From contig CAJFCJ010000051.1 in the NCBI GenBank assembly GCA_904063045.1, positions 13,231-77,230 on the forward strand: a stretch of 64,000 bases of DNA, written 5' to 3'. Position numbers and translations under genes: made by a program. Of the stretch, positions 61,209 to 64,000 are shown piece after piece (the stretch's first letter is position 1; each line of letters opens with the position of its first letter). The notes under the pieces were generated by a model. That model was not told where the DNA came from. It made no database searches and saw only the letters and a list, made by a program, of their open reading frames with translations. The DNA is from Dimorphilus gyrociliatus. Taxonomy: Eukaryota > Animalia > Annelida.

Positions 61209-62260
61209 TTATTTGAGGAATATTGCAGGCTCATCTTTTCTGCATTCATTCTGTGTGCAATTCGCCTGATGAATTTCATAGATGTCCCATTTTGACATTT
61301 TCATTGTATTGACCAGTTTCACAAAAAGTGAAAATTCAGTATTTTTATTCAGACAAAATTTTCTACCCATATGACAACAGGTCTTGATATTGTATCCAGC
61401 AATTTTGCAAACATCGATGGATCCGTTGCACACTCCTCTATAGATGGCATCACTGCAATCGCCCAAATGTATAATATTTGAGCCTAATCTATGAAACAAA
61501 TTCTGAATCATCGTTTGCTTCTCAATTTTTTTAAGCTCTAAAGGGGTCACAATCTGTAGATCACAGGGTGCTGCAAATGCTAGAACATATTCCTGATTCT
61601 TATGGCCTAGAATTGACACTATAGCAGCACCCATGGAATGCCCAGTGAGCACAATTTTATTTTTTGGATGTTTGTGCTTGACTTGATCATAAATTCTCTG
61701 TGCTGCATCGATGTATAGCACTTCTTTCATTCGATCATATGATGGCTTGCAATTGAAAATGATATTGTCGAATAATTTGTCTTTTTGTGATGTATTGCTG
61801 GAATCTATTCCCAGAATTGACAGAAATGTGCCTTTAAAGGCGATTACAGTCGTGTTGCCTGACGTATAAATTATTCCTTTGAGTGAATCGGTGATAAACC
61901 TTCTTCTTCTACCAACAAAACTGAGGAATGATTGACATCTGAAATGTTTCTAGATTCCATTTCTATCTCAACATCTTCAAAATCTCCTATGGAATAAGTC
62001 TGATGAGCCAATTTTGCAATTTTATGAATAAAAAGCCGTTGTTTTGGACTGAATTTGAACGGCACGAGTGATTCGTGTGGATCTCAGAAGAATAACTTGT
62101 TCATTTTGAATATTCGGCTGATTCGAGCAATATTTTTCAATCCACCGATAAGAAATTCCAGAAATTGTTTTACACCCGTATCATTGTCTGCAGTTGTAGA
62201 AATAATTTCATCTATATCACAAAAAACGGTACAAATGAGAGCAAATAAACTTAATCACAT
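61209..62260 (-). pseudogene. Atg15-like class 3 lipase, decayed
   Basis: GHSMG nucleophile motif, plus VIAFKGT, DKLFDNIIF, HLGDCSDAIYRGVCNG and CHMG. The N-terminus M*LSLFALICTVFC is in frame with 61871-62065. Two TGA stops and a frameshift near 61870. Confidence 0.8.
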
Positions 62261-62455
62261 GTTATTGGCTGATTAGATTTACAAAAATACAATTTTGAAA
62301 CAAATTGTTTAGAATTGTGAGAAATGAGATATTTGTCCATGATCAAAGCCAAATATTCTGATTAAAATGATTATTGCATCATATTAAGATTGTTTCTAGT
62401 TCAATACCTGTAAAATCTAAAAAAAATTCTAGAATTAAGAAACTTGTACACAATT

Positions 62456-63285
62456 TTATTCTTCATCCATCTTAGGTGCTATAAAATAGTTGATATGCCC
62501 ACCTTCTTTCAATTTAAACTCAAAGAAAACAGGCTCGTTCACTCCTAAGCACAATTTTATATTTGGGCAATATCTGGCTGTTTTTGTAACACAGTTCATA
62601 TATTTCATAGAAATTTCAACTGAGACTTCCTCTGTGATGTTCACTCTGATGTTGTATTTTCCAGTCTCAGCCGCCTTATTTTTTGTTTTAGAGCTGATCA
62701 TTTCACCACTTTGTGATAAATTTATTGTTGAATCAGATGCTTCAACTGTGATATATTCAGCAAAATTTCCAGCAGATTGTCTCATCATAAGGAAATCAGA
62801 GCTTTTCATCTCTGCTTCTGCTGTAAACTCAATTGCTGGAATATTGTATGATTCACTGCCAATATTTTGCAATTTTATAACATAATCAGCTGTGCAGGCC
62901 TCTGTTTCAAATTTAATATTTAAGAATTCTGGATTGTCTTCACTTTGTAAATAAAATGATGTATTTGACTCAATTTTAAACACTCTTTAATTTTTAGTCG
63001 GAGTGTCAGTGGTTTGTCACACCTGAACATGTCAAATGTTGATTCAGGTAAAAATACATTCATCATTGTCACATTCATTGCATCCATAAATTGAATTGAA
63101 AGGCCCTCCTGTGTTATATTTATATCGACATCATCCACTATCTCTGCAACACTTTCAATGATTTTTCTGAAAAGGGCTGTTCTCATAATTGTGCTCTTTT
63201 CTTCATCCTCCAGTTGTTTTTTCGCTCTTTTTTGTGAGTTATCTTCCTCGACAGGCCTCTTCTCATCAATACTGAGTTCGAACAT
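62456..63285 (-). pseudogene. PCNA: PCNA, microsporidian-type N-terminal extension, frameshifted near 62980
   Basis: RTALFRKIIESVAEIV, GLSIQFMDAMNV, FRCDKP, EISMKYM and EPVFFEF...YFIAPK, split over two frames. No introns. Confidence 0.88.
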
Positions 63286-63636
63286 TTGAGGGTAAAAAAT
63301 TGTGATTTGGAAAAATTACCGAAAGGGACCTGAGAATGTGAGAAAATTGAATTTTTTTTCGAAAAGTTACCATTGAGACCTGCCACGTGATACGTTTAAT
63401 GACAAAACCAGGCCATATTAAAGAAATTTGAGCTGTTTGAGACAACAAGTTTTCTAGGATTTTTGAAAAAATAATTGAGGAGTGTTTTTCTAGAACCTGT
63501 AAAATAAGGTCTGGAATTTTAGACTTTTCCAATTAATCAAACATCAGTCAGAGCTCAATATTCGATGAAAACACATTCCAGAATCAGCAAAAAGTTCCAT
63601 TTATGTTTCAGGATATGTTAGGGTTAGGTTAGGTTA

Positions 63637-63719
63637 GGGTTAGGGTTTGGTAAGGGTTATGGGTTAGGCCACTCACACAACTCTGGTAATGTTTTTGGGA
63701 ACTGGTTAGCTAGTGTTCC
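63637..63719. repeat. 83-bp copy of module B embedded between telomeric repeats
   Basis: Base-for-base match to 19030-19112. Confidence 0.92.
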
Positions 63720-63851
63720 GGTTAGGGTTAGGTTAGGGTTAGGGTTAGGGTTAGGGTTAGGGTTAGGGTTAGGGTTAGGGTTAGGTTTAGGGTTAGGGGT
63801 TAGGGTTAGGTTAGGGTTAGGTTAGGGTTAGGGTTAGGGTTAGGGTTAGGG

Positions 63852-63892
<41 letters not shown>

Positions 63893-64000
63893 GGTTAGGG
63901 TTAGGGTTAGGGTTAGGGTTAGGGTTAGGGTTAGGGTTAGGGTTAGGGTTAGGGTTAGGGTTAGGGTTAGGGTTAGGGTTAGGGTTAGGTTAGGGTTAGG
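63720..64000 (+). repeat. Telomeric (TTAGGG)n array with TTAGG variants
   Basis: Continuous to the end of the window. A short proximal array is also present at 63618-63645. Confidence 0.98.

Noticed and set aside
63266-63532. 88-aa minus-strand ORF overlapping the PCNA start
   Set aside because: TTG start, no motif, and it overlaps the PCNA upstream region.

Overview
AT-rich animal chromosome end with short GT-AG introns, finishing in a (TTAGGG)n array. A compact-genome lophotrochozoan is a guess, not established. 1-17.3 kb holds two ordinary host genes: a six-exon HUNK-like kinase (+) and a large LDLa-LRR-7TM GRL101-like GPCR (-). From ~17.35 kb to the end the DNA is a stack of modules, many joined through short TTAGGG-like seeds. 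The stack contains six hammerhead-ribozyme motifs on the minus strand, a degenerate satellite and two intact Mutator (MULE) transposons with 9-bp TSDs. It also holds a ~19 kb multi-ORF Penelope-like retroelement: a 1540-aa RT ORF, paralogous SGNH-like ORFs, tandem ribozyme repeats and a telomeric 3' junction. This resembles the giant telomeric Terminon/Athena elements of bdelloid rotifers. Distal to it are an intron-containing cadherin pseudogene fragment and a ~4 kb block of decayed, intronless, microsporidian-like genes (GPI, BIR, Atg15-like lipase, PCNA) capped by the telomere. Family assignments come from motif recognition by eye and need database confirmation.
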